A DNA stretch of 64,000 bases from an uncultured Dehalococcoidales bacterium (GTDB taxonomy: Bacteria; Chloroflexota; Dehalococcoidia; Dehalococcoidales; E44-bin46), in the NCBI GenBank assembly GCA_964354655.1, contig CAYHAL010000004.1, positions 2,841-66,840 on the forward strand. The letters run 5' to 3'. How positions within the stretch are numbered: the first letter of the stretch is position 1; every line of letters starts with the position of its first letter. Below are positions 48,091 through 56,702 of the stretch, one piece after another. The notes beneath the pieces are model-generated. The model was not told where the DNA came from, did not search any database, and worked only from the letters and a program-made list of their open reading frames with translations. Position numbers and translations under genes: made by a program.

Positions 48091-48948
48091 TCATACTAAT
48101 TTTTTCTTCACTAATTCCATCATTTTCTCAAATTCGCCTTCGATCATTCCGTAGCAATGTTCTTTCTGAGGGAATTTTGATTCCTTAACCTCTTTAGCAT
48201 AGTCTTCAAAGGCCTTAACCATATTTTCAGCAAGGTTCGCATATTTTTTAACGAATTTTGGTGTAAACGCTTCAAATACGCCTAACATGTCGTGCATGAT
48301 AAGCACTTGTCCATCAACGTAAGGGCCAGCACCTATGCCATAAACTGGGATTTTCAGGTGCTCTGTAATAAACTTACCAACCTCGGGCGGTATTGCCTCC
48401 AGGAGTAAAAATGACGCCCCCGCCTCCTGAACGGCTCTGGCGTCAAGGATAAGTTCATATGCGCTTTCTGCCGTACGTCCCTGAGCTTTGAAACCACCAA
48501 GCTGCCCAGAACTCTGCGGTGTTAAACCAATATGACCGCAGACAACCATTCCCGCATCCACTATCGCCTTTATCATTTTTACAACGCGGCGTCCACCTTC
48601 GAGCTTGACGGCATCCACGCCAGCCTCCTTATAGAACCTTCCGGCATTTCTAACTGCATCTTCAGGTGTAGTTTGATAAGATAAGAATGGCATGTCACCC
48701 ATCACAAAGATGTTTGGAGCTCCCCGACGTACAGCTTCAGTATGTACTATGCATTGGTCCATAGTTACAGGCACAGTGCCTCCAGCGTATCCGTAAACTA
48801 CCATGCCCATGGAGTCTCCCACCAAAATCATCTCTATACCAGCCTGCTCCATCAATCGAGCGGTAGGATTATCATAACATGTTAGCCAGACAACCTTTTC
48901 ACCGCTCTTTTTCATATTTTGAAAATCTAGTACAGTTTTCTTTGCCAT
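48091..48948 (-). CDS. panB: 3-methyl-2-oxobutanoate hydroxymethyltransferase, copy 2
   Basis: 285 aa, collinear with copy 1 along the full length (same GDS.GM.VYGY, VTMDQ, AVRRGAPN, GDMPFLSY, KLEGG, TPKFVKKYAN blocks). Confidence 0.9.
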   Translation of the reverse strand: MAKKTVLDFQNMKKSGEKVVWLTCYDNPTARLMEQAGIEMILVGDSMGMVVYGYAGGTVPVTMDQCIVHTEAVRRGAPNIFVMGDMPFLSYQTTPEDAVRNAGRFYKEAGVDAVKLEGGRRVVKMIKAIVDAGMVVCGHIGLTPQSSGQLGGFKAQGRTAESAYELILDARAVQEAGASFLLLEAIPPEVGKFITEHLKIPVYGIGAGPYVDGQVLIMHDMLGVFEAFTPKFVKKYANLAENMVKAFEDYAKEVKESKFPQKEHCYGMIEGEFEKMMELVKKKLV

Positions 48949-48972
48949 TTTTGACCTCCTTTATATGTATTT

Positions 48973-49908
48973 TTATTTTGGCATCGGGATTTTCAGATCT
49001 GCTGCCCCTTGCTTTGACAACTTTAAGTCGGGATGGATCTCACTAATCAATTCAATGATATTCTTAGCTAGGCGAATCTTCTCTCTCCCTAACCGAGCCA
49101 GCTCTTCTTCTGATGAGCCCCAAGGTAGGAATGTGCCTATGTGTTGACCCTGCTCTAGCTTGAAGTAGCAGGGAGAAGCAACTCTTGCAATTTCTGGGGT
49201 CTCATAGATGCGGTTGAACCCGCCCATAGAAGCCCATAGCGTGATGTGAATGTCAAAGGGAATGTTTGCTACGCTTCTTATTGCTGCTAACATCGGCAGT
49301 GTAAGGTCAGCCACTGGATTGCAGGTTCCTGCCCCGAGGGATTCTAGCAACTTAATCCCTGGAGGGTTAGCATGTCCAGCGAATATCGAGACTTTAAAAA
49401 GTACATCCTCGGGCAAGTCACCATTCCTTTTCATTTGAGTGAGCAGGGATAAAAGCCCTTCATCCCAAACCAGAAACGCCCTAAAACCAATATCAATGCA
49501 TCTCTGGATGTCCATTATGCAGTGTTTGACTGCATCCATTCCCCTGTGTCTGAACCCGGAGATAGCCCCCTCAGGGGTAGCCACCTGCCGACCGATATAC
49601 CAGCTCGGTCTTGGCCCCGGAGTTATGACAACTTCTACTTTAGCTTCATTAGCTATTCCAGCGAATTCTCTCAATTCCTCCCGCGTAAGGAGGGTGGCAC
49701 CACGTACCACAGAGATGGCTCGGTGGAAGGGAACCCCTTGCTTTTGAGCTTCATCAATCGTTGCTTCTAGGACTTTTACCGTCTCTATAGGTGAAATCTC
49801 AATCCTATAATTGGCGCCATCGGGGAAGGTTTTCGGAGATGTAGGTAATTCATACAGGTCTCCTTTAGGCATTCCCAGTTTTTCCAGAGCTTTTGCGATT
49901 CTATCCAT
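48973..49908 (-). CDS. hypothetical protein (311 aa, alternating beta/alpha pattern suggests a TIM-barrel-like fold; family not recognised)
   Basis: Clean ORF immediately upstream of, and co-oriented with, panB copy 2. The start is set at MDRIAK, with SD aaaggagg upstream. Confidence 0.6.
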   Translation of the reverse strand: MDRIAKALEKLGMPKGDLYELPTSPKTFPDGANYRIEISPIETVKVLEATIDEAQKQGVPFHRAISVVRGATLLTREELREFAGIANEAKVEVVITPGPRPSWYIGRQVATPEGAISGFRHRGMDAVKHCIMDIQRCIDIGFRAFLVWDEGLLSLLTQMKRNGDLPEDVLFKVSIFAGHANPPGIKLLESLGAGTCNPVADLTLPMLAAIRSVANIPFDIHITLWASMGGFNRIYETPEIARVASPCYFKLEQGQHIGTFLPWGSSEEELARLGREKIRLAKNIIELISEIHPDLKLSKQGAADLKIPMPK

Positions 49909-50111
49909 TAATTTATTCCTCCTTTTCGGTTGATTTAATGATTTATCTTCGACCACTGTTTTAATATTATGCATAAAATTAAAGCACTATGATTATACAA
50001 CAAACTGGCTTAGAAATCTGCGAGAAATAGGATGTCATCCTCGTCTTTTCGAGTTGCATATTCAGCCAGAAAGTTCGATGGTTCTAAACAAGCATAAGTC
50101 TCACATTACTA

Positions 50112-50495
50112 TTAAAGCCGTCTTACTTCTTCCAGCCACCTGTTGAGCTCATTGTAAAACTTCATTGATTTTTCATCGTAATAACGGGCTTGTCTAAAGG
50201 ACGCTTCGGAGGGATGATAAAGCTGTTCTTCGCCGCAAGGATTTATCGGCAGTAGGGTATTGCCAACGCCATCCCACGTCCTGTTCACCGGCAGGCCCAA
50301 TTTCTCCAGTGCCTGATCTAGTGTTGCATCGACCAGAACGAGTTCTCCATCTATATCTACCAGGTAAGCAAGATGGTAATTTATTGAGAGCTCTTTAGCC
50401 AGCCTCCCTAAGTGAGGTGGATAGTCGATTTTAACCTCGTCCCATCTGAAGGGGAAGACCGCGTATAATATCAGCAGCCCTAGCCTTTCATACAT
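50112..50495 (-). pseudogene. possible transglutaminase-like cysteine peptidase C-terminal fragment
   Basis: ..INYHLAYLVDIDGELVLVDAT.. resembles the His/Asp half of the transglutaminase-core triad. The Cys-bearing N-terminal part is absent. The ORF abuts another truncated gene head to head. Confidence 0.3.
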
Positions 50496-50967
50496 ATGGC
50501 AAAGAAGAAAGTGCTTTGCCAGGAAAGGGGGATTCAGTTCGAGTTTGGTCCCCTAGAAAATCTAGTTGTAAAAGGAGATAAGCTAAAGCTCAAGCAACTG
50601 TTCCTCAACCTTCTGGATAATGCCGTCAGATATACTCCGAGCGGTGGAAGTATATCAGCTTCCGTTGTCAGGAAAGGAGAAACCGCGGTAGTGGCAATCA
50701 GAGATTCAGGTATTGGCATCCCCGAAGAGCATATACCGCATATCTTTGAGCGCTTCTATCGGGTGGATAAGGCACCGCTCCCGGGCTGAAGGAGGTGCAG
50801 GGCTGGGCCTCTCAATTCGTCAGCATATCGCTGAGATGCACAGCGGTAGAATTGAAGTTGAAAGCCAGGTAGGGAGAGGGAGTACCTTTTCAGTAATACT
50901 ACCCATTCTTCAACAGGGAGGTTTCCGTTCTCATACTGGGATAATCACGTCCAGCAGTCAAACCTAA
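50496..50967 (+). pseudogene. sensor histidine kinase fragment (HATPase_c only), frameshifted
   Basis: N box LFLNLLDNAVRYTP, G1 IRDSGIGIP, then [10 protein letters not shown]. One extra base near 50775 shifts the frame to [27 protein letters not shown]. The HisKA and sensor parts are missing. Confidence 0.8.
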
Positions 50968-51035
50968 TTCGCCTTCGATACCCAGTACGTAAATCATCGA
51001 GTTTCTTGAGGAGTAACTCCCAACAAAACATCGGA

Positions 51036-51058
51036 AAGTGTGATGGTGTCACACTTTT
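51036..51058 (+). terminator. hairpin aagtgtga-tggtg-tcacactt followed by TT
   Basis: 8-bp perfect stem with a T-run (cacactttta), downstream of the kinase remnant. Confidence 0.35.
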
Positions 51059-51166
51059 ACGGTTGCAATGTCTCAGGCCTTTACCTCCTAATCAGGGAAT
51101 AGCCGGCACGGCCCACACCCGTATAGGCTACCACACGGCAGGCGATTGATAAAGGGGGCACAAAAG

Positions 51167-51180
51167 TTGGCGACAAACTG
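51167..51180 (+). repeat. 14-mer ttggcgacaaactg, partner of 2243-2256
   Basis: 13/14 identical to the copy at 2243-2256 and at the identical distance (113 nt) from the breakpoint core. The 10-mer cacaaaagtt also repeats at 51159-51168 and 51240-51249. Confidence 0.5.
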
Positions 51181-51293
51181 AAAAGGACAGGATTTCACCA
51201 AAAGGCACTTTAGCCTCAAAACGGGATTTTAGCAACTGACACAAAAGTTCTATTTTGTATCTAACAGCACCCAGCAGCATACCTGCCCTAGAA

Positions 51294-51330
51294 TTACGAA
51301 ACCGCTGCTCTACCTCTGAGCTACGCTGGC
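51294..51330 (-). pseudogene. tRNA-Thr(CGU) 5' half: acceptor 5' strand, D arm, 5' anticodon stem, anticodon loop
   Basis: Minus strand reads gccagcg-ta-gctc-agaggta-gagc-a-gcggt-ttcgtaa, followed by unrelated sequence. It pairs perfectly (7/7 acceptor, 5/5 anticodon stem) with the 3' half at 2370-2411. Confidence 0.85.
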
Positions 51331-51338
51331 TTTACCTA

Positions 51339-51347
51339 AGTATAGCA
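51339..51347 (-). promoter_or_regulatory. extended -10 element TGcTATACT upstream of the tRNA-Thr 5' half
   Basis: Read on the minus strand, ending 8 nt before the first tRNA base. The -35 is poor. Confidence 0.3.
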
Positions 51348-51514
51348 CAAAGTTAAGTCGCCGATGAACCATTACCTAATACCTCGCCGGCTACCTCATA
51401 ATTGACGCTTAGATTGGCTTATGATAGTATTTTTAAAATACTTTGGCTATGGCTTAGTGGGTGGCTATGTAAGGCTATACTTTTTTGCAATAATCCTACT
51501 CAGGGGGAAGCACT

Positions 51515-52447
51515 ATGCAAGTAGATAAGGAGTTAGCCAAATTACAACCTGAAAAAGATACCTTGCTAACCATCGGCGTTTTTGATGGAGTTCATCTGGG
51601 GCATAAATACCTGCTATCACAGCTAACAAAGCAGGCGAGGGAGCAGAATTTGCTTAGTGGAGTGGTAACTTTTAACCGGCACCCCCACGAAGTGCTGTCG
51701 CCCCAGTCCAAGCTACCATTCCTGACCGACCTTACCCAGAGAATTAACCTCCTCAAAAATGAAGGCGTTGAAGCCATCTTTACCCTGTCCTTCACCAGGG
51801 AGTTGGCTCGGCTCAGCGCCCGCCGATTCGTCAGCCTCCTAAAGAAATACCTCAGAATGCGCGGGATGGTAATTGGAGCCGACTTTGTCTTAGGTCAAAA
51901 TCGGGAAGGCAACACCGATATCCTTCGCTCATTAGGACAAGATATGAAATTCAGTGTCACCGTAATACCTCCGGTAATGATAAATGGCGAGGTGGTAAGT
52001 AGCACCGCCATCAGAAATGCCCTAGCTGATGGAGATATGAAAAAGGTGCTCAACCTGGTAGGCCGCTCTTTTAGCCTAAATGGACGTGTAACCAGCGGGG
52101 CGGGTAGAGGTGTGGAGTTGGGTTTCCCCACTGCCAATCTTGATATTGACCCAGGGCAGGCCCTTCCCGCTGAGGGAGTTTACGCTACCTGGGCCTACAT
52201 TAATGCTCAAGCCTATCAATCAATGACCAACATTGGCAGACAACCTACCTTCGGTGGCAGCCAGCGTGTTGTCGAGGTTTATATCCTTGACTACCATAGT
52301 AACCTGTATGGGCGCGAGCTAAAAATTGACCTCATAGAAAGACTCCGCGGCGAGAAACAATTTGACACTCCAGAGGAACTGAAGAAACAAATAACTGAAG
52401 ACATAAAAAGGGGCAGGGCTATACTAAACTTCCGAGGTAGAGGTTAA
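51515..52447 (+). CDS. ribF: bifunctional riboflavin kinase / FAD synthetase
   Basis: 310 aa; G.FDG.H.GH, ..PTAN.. and riboflavin kinase C-terminal blocks. Confidence 0.92.
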   Translation: MQVDKELAKLQPEKDTLLTIGVFDGVHLGHKYLLSQLTKQAREQNLLSGVVTFNRHPHEVLSPQSKLPFLTDLTQRINLLKNEGVEAIFTLSFTRELARLSARRFVSLLKKYLRMRGMVIGADFVLGQNREGNTDILRSLGQDMKFSVTVIPPVMINGEVVSSTAIRNALADGDMKKVLNLVGRSFSLNGRVTSGAGRGVELGFPTANLDIDPGQALPAEGVYATWAYINAQAYQSMTNIGRQPTFGGSQRVVEVYILDYHSNLYGRELKIDLIERLRGEKQFDTPEELKKQITEDIKRGRAILNFRGRG

Positions 52448-52449
52448 GT

Positions 52450-53640
52450 ATGGAGACCAGTGAGAAAGCTATTAACGATATTGGCTATTTGCTAAAGCGA
52501 GGGGTAGCTGAAATCATAATTGAAGAAGAGATGGTGAAACTACTCCACTCGGGCAAAAAATTACGGCTAAAGGAAGGCTTTGACTCCAGTTTTCCTGACA
52601 TCCACCTAGGTCATATGGTAACCCTGAGAAAGCTACGCCAATTTCAGGACCTGGGGCATCAGGTTATTCTTATTGTTGGTGATTGGACGGCACAGATTGG
52701 TGACCCAAGCGGTGCCTCCGTCACCCGACCTATGCTGTCTAAAGAACAGGTTGAGGCCAATGCTGAAACCTATATGAAGCAGTTCTTCAAGGTCGTTGAT
52801 AAGAAACGAACCGAGGTGAGGTGGCAGAGTGAGTGGTTTGGCAAATTTACCCTCAGTGACATCATTCAGCTCACCAGCAAGTTTACCGTAGCCCAGCTAA
52901 TGGCTAGAGAGGACTTTAGTAGTAGATATAGTGCCGGACGACCCATAGCTATGACCGAACTACTCTACCCATTGCTTCAAGCCTATGACTCAGTAGCCAT
53001 TCAGGCTGATGTTGAATTCGGCGGCACCGACCAGAAGTTTAACCTACTGGTGGGCAGGGAGCTTCAATCCATGGTCGGTCAGCGCCCCCAGCAGGTCTTT
53101 TTAGCCCCTCTCCTCATTGGCACCGATGGCAGTAAAAAGATGAGCAAAAGCCTGGGCAACTATATTGGTATTGCTGAGCCACCTGAAGAGATATATGACA
53201 AGGTGATGTCTATCCCTGATAGCCTTATCCTGCAATACTTTGAATTAGTAACCGATGTCCCCGACGAGGAACTGGAGGAGTTTAGGCAGGGGCTTAGCCG
53301 CCAAACCGTCAATCCCATGACGCTTAAGAAACGGCTGGCTAGGGAAATTGTGACCCAACTCTACAGTCAAAAGGCAGCCAGTGACGCCGAGGAGCATTTT
53401 GTAAAAGTATTTCAGGCAAGAGAAACTCCAGAGGAAATAACCTTGGGGACTAAGTCAGGCAGCAGACTTCAGGATTATCTGGTGGAAAATCATTTAGCCA
53501 AAAGTAAGAGCGAAGCCAAGCGCCTCATTGAACAGGGTGCTGTATATGTTAATGGTAAAAGAATCGAAGACGTCAATTTTACTTTCCCTAAAGGTACAAT
53601 AATAAGAGTGGGTAGGCGGCGTTTCATTGAATCTACTTAA
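52450..53640 (+). CDS. tyrS: tyrosine--tRNA ligase
   Basis: HIGH-type motif (DIHLGH), KMSKS, and a C-terminal S4-like domain; 396 aa. Confidence 0.92.
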   Translation: METSEKAINDIGYLLKRGVAEIIIEEEMVKLLHSGKKLRLKEGFDSSFPDIHLGHMVTLRKLRQFQDLGHQVILIVGDWTAQIGDPSGASVTRPMLSKEQVEANAETYMKQFFKVVDKKRTEVRWQSEWFGKFTLSDIIQLTSKFTVAQLMAREDFSSRYSAGRPIAMTELLYPLLQAYDSVAIQADVEFGGTDQKFNLLVGRELQSMVGQRPQQVFLAPLLIGTDGSKKMSKSLGNYIGIAEPPEEIYDKVMSIPDSLILQYFELVTDVPDEELEEFRQGLSRQTVNPMTLKKRLAREIVTQLYSQKAASDAEEHFVKVFQARETPEEITLGTKSGSRLQDYLVENHLAKSKSEAKRLIEQGAVYVNGKRIEDVNFTFPKGTIIRVGRRRFIEST

Positions 53641-53711
53641 AATTGACGAGAGAAAAAACGCTGCTTTGCTAAAGTCGTTAATTCGGATATACTAAATAGT
53701 AAAGGAGACAG

Positions 53712-54800
53712 ATGGAACAGTTACGCATCCCAGGACCCACCCCCTGCCCTAGCGAGGTGCTTCAAGTAATGGCCAGGCAGATGATAAATCACCGGGGCGG
53801 GGAGTTTGGGCAGATACTAAACAAGGTAACGGCTAACCTAAAACAGCTGTTTCAGACCAAGGGGGACGTTTTTCTGCTTACCGGCTCAGGAACCGGCGGC
53901 TTGGAGACAGTTATCGTTAATACCCTATCCCCGGGTGATAAAGTACTATCGGTCTCTATTGGCTTCTTCGGCGAGCGCTTTGCTGTTATCGCCAAGCAAT
54001 TTGGGGCTGAGGTAATCCCGCTTAACTTTGAATGGGGCAAAGCGGCTGATGTTGACGCAGTGCGCCAAGCTCTTAAGGCTGAACCAAAAATCAAAGCGGT
54101 GCTGGTCACCCATAATGAAACCTCCACCGGCGTTACCAATGACCTGGCTTCTATTAGCTCGGTAGTCAAGGAATTTGATAAGTTACTGCTGGTTGATGCC
54201 ATCAGTAGTCTGGGTTCAATTGACTTGCCAGTAGATGACTGGCACTGCGATGTTGCAGTCACTGGTTCCCAGAAGGGATGGATGGTTCCCCCCGGTCTGG
54301 CTATGGTCAGTGTCAGCCAAGAGGCGTGGCAGGCGCACTCAAAAGCTAAGATGCCCCGCTTCTACTGGGACTTTGCTCACGCTAAGAGCTACTTAGAAAA
54401 GGGGCAAACGCCATGGACACCAGCTATTTCCATCGTATTTGCTCTGTCGGTCTCGCTGGAAATGATGCTAAAGGAAGGCTTGCCTAACATCATCGCCCGG
54501 CACGCTCGAGTGGGTAAAGCGGCTCGAGCTGGGGTAAAATCGCTAGGACTATCGCTTTTTGCTGACGAAAATTATGCCTCCAACACAGTTACTGCCGTAG
54601 CCTCTTCAGACGGGCTTGATACCAAAAAGATGCTCAAGATTTTACGAGAGGAACACCAGATTATACTCAGTGGTGGACAGCAGAGATTAGACGGCAAAAT
54701 ATTCCGCATCGGGCACCTTGGCTGGGTGACCGAGGGCGACATTGAAACCGTAATATCAGCGCTGAAGATAGTATTACCACAGGCTGGATTCAGGAGTTAG
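53712..54800 (+). CDS. class V aminotransferase (serine-pyruvate/phosphoserine aminotransferase-like)
   Basis: 362 aa; ..HNETSTGV.., DA.SS.G, PLP-lysine block TGSQKG. It lies immediately upstream of serA, suggesting a role in serine biosynthesis (inference). Confidence 0.85.
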   Translation: MEQLRIPGPTPCPSEVLQVMARQMINHRGGEFGQILNKVTANLKQLFQTKGDVFLLTGSGTGGLETVIVNTLSPGDKVLSVSIGFFGERFAVIAKQFGAEVIPLNFEWGKAADVDAVRQALKAEPKIKAVLVTHNETSTGVTNDLASISSVVKEFDKLLLVDAISSLGSIDLPVDDWHCDVAVTGSQKGWMVPPGLAMVSVSQEAWQAHSKAKMPRFYWDFAHAKSYLEKGQTPWTPAISIVFALSVSLEMMLKEGLPNIIARHARVGKAARAGVKSLGLSLFADENYASNTVTAVASSDGLDTKKMLKILREEHQIILSGGQQRLDGKIFRIGHLGWVTEGDIETVISALKIVLPQAGFRS

Positions 54801-54805
54801 CTAAA

Positions 54806-56380
54806 ATGAAGGTCTTAATCACCGAGCCTATTTTTGACGAGGGAATAGATATTCTGCGTAATTATGCCCAGGTGGATATTAAATTAGGGCTAACGCCAGA
54901 GGAAATGATATCCATAATTGGCGATTATGAGGCACTGGTGGTACGCAGTCAGACTAAAGTCCCGGCTGAGGTTATGCAAGCTGGGAAAAAATTACAGGTC
55001 ATCGCCCGGGCTGGTGCCGGTATAGACAATATTGATGTCGAAGAAGCCACCCGGCGCGGCATTGTAGTAGTTAATGCCCCCACCAGCAACACTGTCTCGG
55101 CTGCTGAGCATACCATTGCCCTTATGCTCGCCTTAGCCCGCCATATCCCTCAGGCTAACGCCACACTCAAATCCGGGGTATGGCGACGGACTGAATTCAT
55201 GGGTACCGAGGTTAAAGGTAAAACATTAGGTATTATCGGCTTAGGCAGCGTGGGTTCAGAGGTAGCCAGACGGGCTAGAGCGCTGGAAATGAAGCTTATC
55301 GCTTACGACCCCTTCATCTCTATTGACCATGCCCATAGCCTCCATGTAGAGCTTGTTTCCCTAGAGCAGTTGCTCAAGGAATCAGACTTTATCACCCTTC
55401 ACTTGCCATTAACCGCAACGACAAAGAAACTGATTGGAGCCAAAGAGCTGTCTTCGGTCAAACCAACGGTTCGTATTATTAACACCGCCCGCGGCGGATT
55501 AATTGACGAAAAGGCGCTGGCTAAGGCAGTAAAGGAGAAGCGAGTAGCTGGTGCCGCCATTGATGTCTTTGCTACAGAACCGACTACCAAGAGCACCCTT
55601 TTTGAAAGTGATAACATCGTTGTTACCCCCCATTTAGGCGCTTCAACTACTGAAGCTCAAGCCACGGTAGCTAAGGACGTAGCCAACCAGATTATTGACG
55701 TATTTAAAGGTCAGCCAGCTAGATACTCGGTTAATGCTCCCTTTATTCCTGCTGAGACTCTAGCTATGCTAGCCCCGTTCATAAAGCTGGCTGCCACAGT
55801 AGGCAAACTGGTCAGCCAACTAGCTGAGGGACAAATGAATGCCATCAAGATTAGATATGATGGTGAGATCTCTAATTATGATACTAATGTTCTCAAGGCA
55901 TCTGTCCTAGGTGGGTTACTTAATGAGATAAGTGAAGAACGGGTTAACCTGGTCAATGCTAATATAGTAGCTGCCCGGCGTGGTCTAACTGTGGTAGAAC
56001 AGAAGGAAGCTACCTGTGAAAACTATGCCAGCCTTATTAGTATTGAAGCCACTACCAGCGCCGGGGTTACCATTGTTGCCGGAACGGTAATACGTGGGGA
56101 ATCACACATTGTCCGGGTTAATAATTATTGGCTTGATATCGTGCCCACCGGGGGTTACTTCCTGTTTAGCGACCACCTAGACCGTCCCGGGCTCATCAGC
56201 GCCGTCAGTAAGGTAACCGGCGATGCTGATGTAAATATCAGTGCCATGCATGTTGGTCGCCTTAAACCCAGAGGGCAAGCATTGATGGTCTTAGCCTTAG
56301 ACGAGCCCCTGTCCGAGGAACACCTGCAGAAGATACTATCCATCCCCGATGTCTACACCGCCAAACTGGTAAAGTTATAA
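54806..56380 (+). CDS. serA: D-3-phosphoglycerate dehydrogenase (long form with ASB and ACT domains)
   Basis: 524 aa; GIIGLGSVG NAD motif, ..NTARGG.ID.., HLGAST, and a C-terminal ACT region. Confidence 0.92.
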   Translation: MKVLITEPIFDEGIDILRNYAQVDIKLGLTPEEMISIIGDYEALVVRSQTKVPAEVMQAGKKLQVIARAGAGIDNIDVEEATRRGIVVVNAPTSNTVSAAEHTIALMLALARHIPQANATLKSGVWRRTEFMGTEVKGKTLGIIGLGSVGSEVARRARALEMKLIAYDPFISIDHAHSLHVELVSLEQLLKESDFITLHLPLTATTKKLIGAKELSSVKPTVRIINTARGGLIDEKALAKAVKEKRVAGAAIDVFATEPTTKSTLFESDNIVVTPHLGASTTEAQATVAKDVANQIIDVFKGQPARYSVNAPFIPAETLAMLAPFIKLAATVGKLVSQLAEGQMNAIKIRYDGEISNYDTNVLKASVLGGLLNEISEERVNLVNANIVAARRGLTVVEQKEATCENYASLISIEATTSAGVTIVAGTVIRGESHIVRVNNYWLDIVPTGGYFLFSDHLDRPGLISAVSKVTGDADVNISAMHVGRLKPRGQALMVLALDEPLSEEHLQKILSIPDVYTAKLVKL

Positions 56381-56398
56381 TGAAAAGGAGGCTATACC

Positions 56399-56692
56399 AT
56401 GTTTGCACGTCTAACCATAGTTCAAGTCAAGGTTGACAAGCTAGATGAAACCAGAAAGATCTTTGAGGAGAGTGTTATCCCTGCGGCTAAATCACAGAAG
56501 GGCTATCGTGGTGCCTATCTCCTCACCGACCGCAAAACAGGCAAAGGCATTTCCATCGTCCTTTGGGATAGCGAAAAGGATGCCATCGCCACTGTAAAGA
56601 GCGGCTTCTACCAAGAACAGCTAAACAAGTTCAAGGGCCTCTTCACAGCACCGTCGGTTCGCGAAGGATATGAGGTTAGTCTCCAAGACTAA
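56399..56692 (+). CDS. ABM/Dabb-fold small protein (antibiotic-biosynthesis-monooxygenase-like)
   Basis: 97 aa; the size and beta-alpha-beta pattern are typical of the ferredoxin-like ABM fold. The assignment is weak. Confidence 0.55.
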   Translation: MFARLTIVQVKVDKLDETRKIFEESVIPAAKSQKGYRGAYLLTDRKTGKGISIVLWDSEKDAIATVKSGFYQEQLNKFKGLFTAPSVREGYEVSLQD

Positions 56693-56702
56693 GTCAACGC
56701 AC

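Noticed and set aside
2300-51345. Nanoarchaeum-style split tRNA genes joined in trans at the RNA level.
   Set aside because: The trailer of the 5' half and the leader of the 3' half show no extended complementarity (about 9 of 17 at the junction-proximal bases). Both halves duplicate the whole anticodon loop. Both points argue for a DNA recombination scar, not a trans-splicing design, and no bacterial precedent is known to me.
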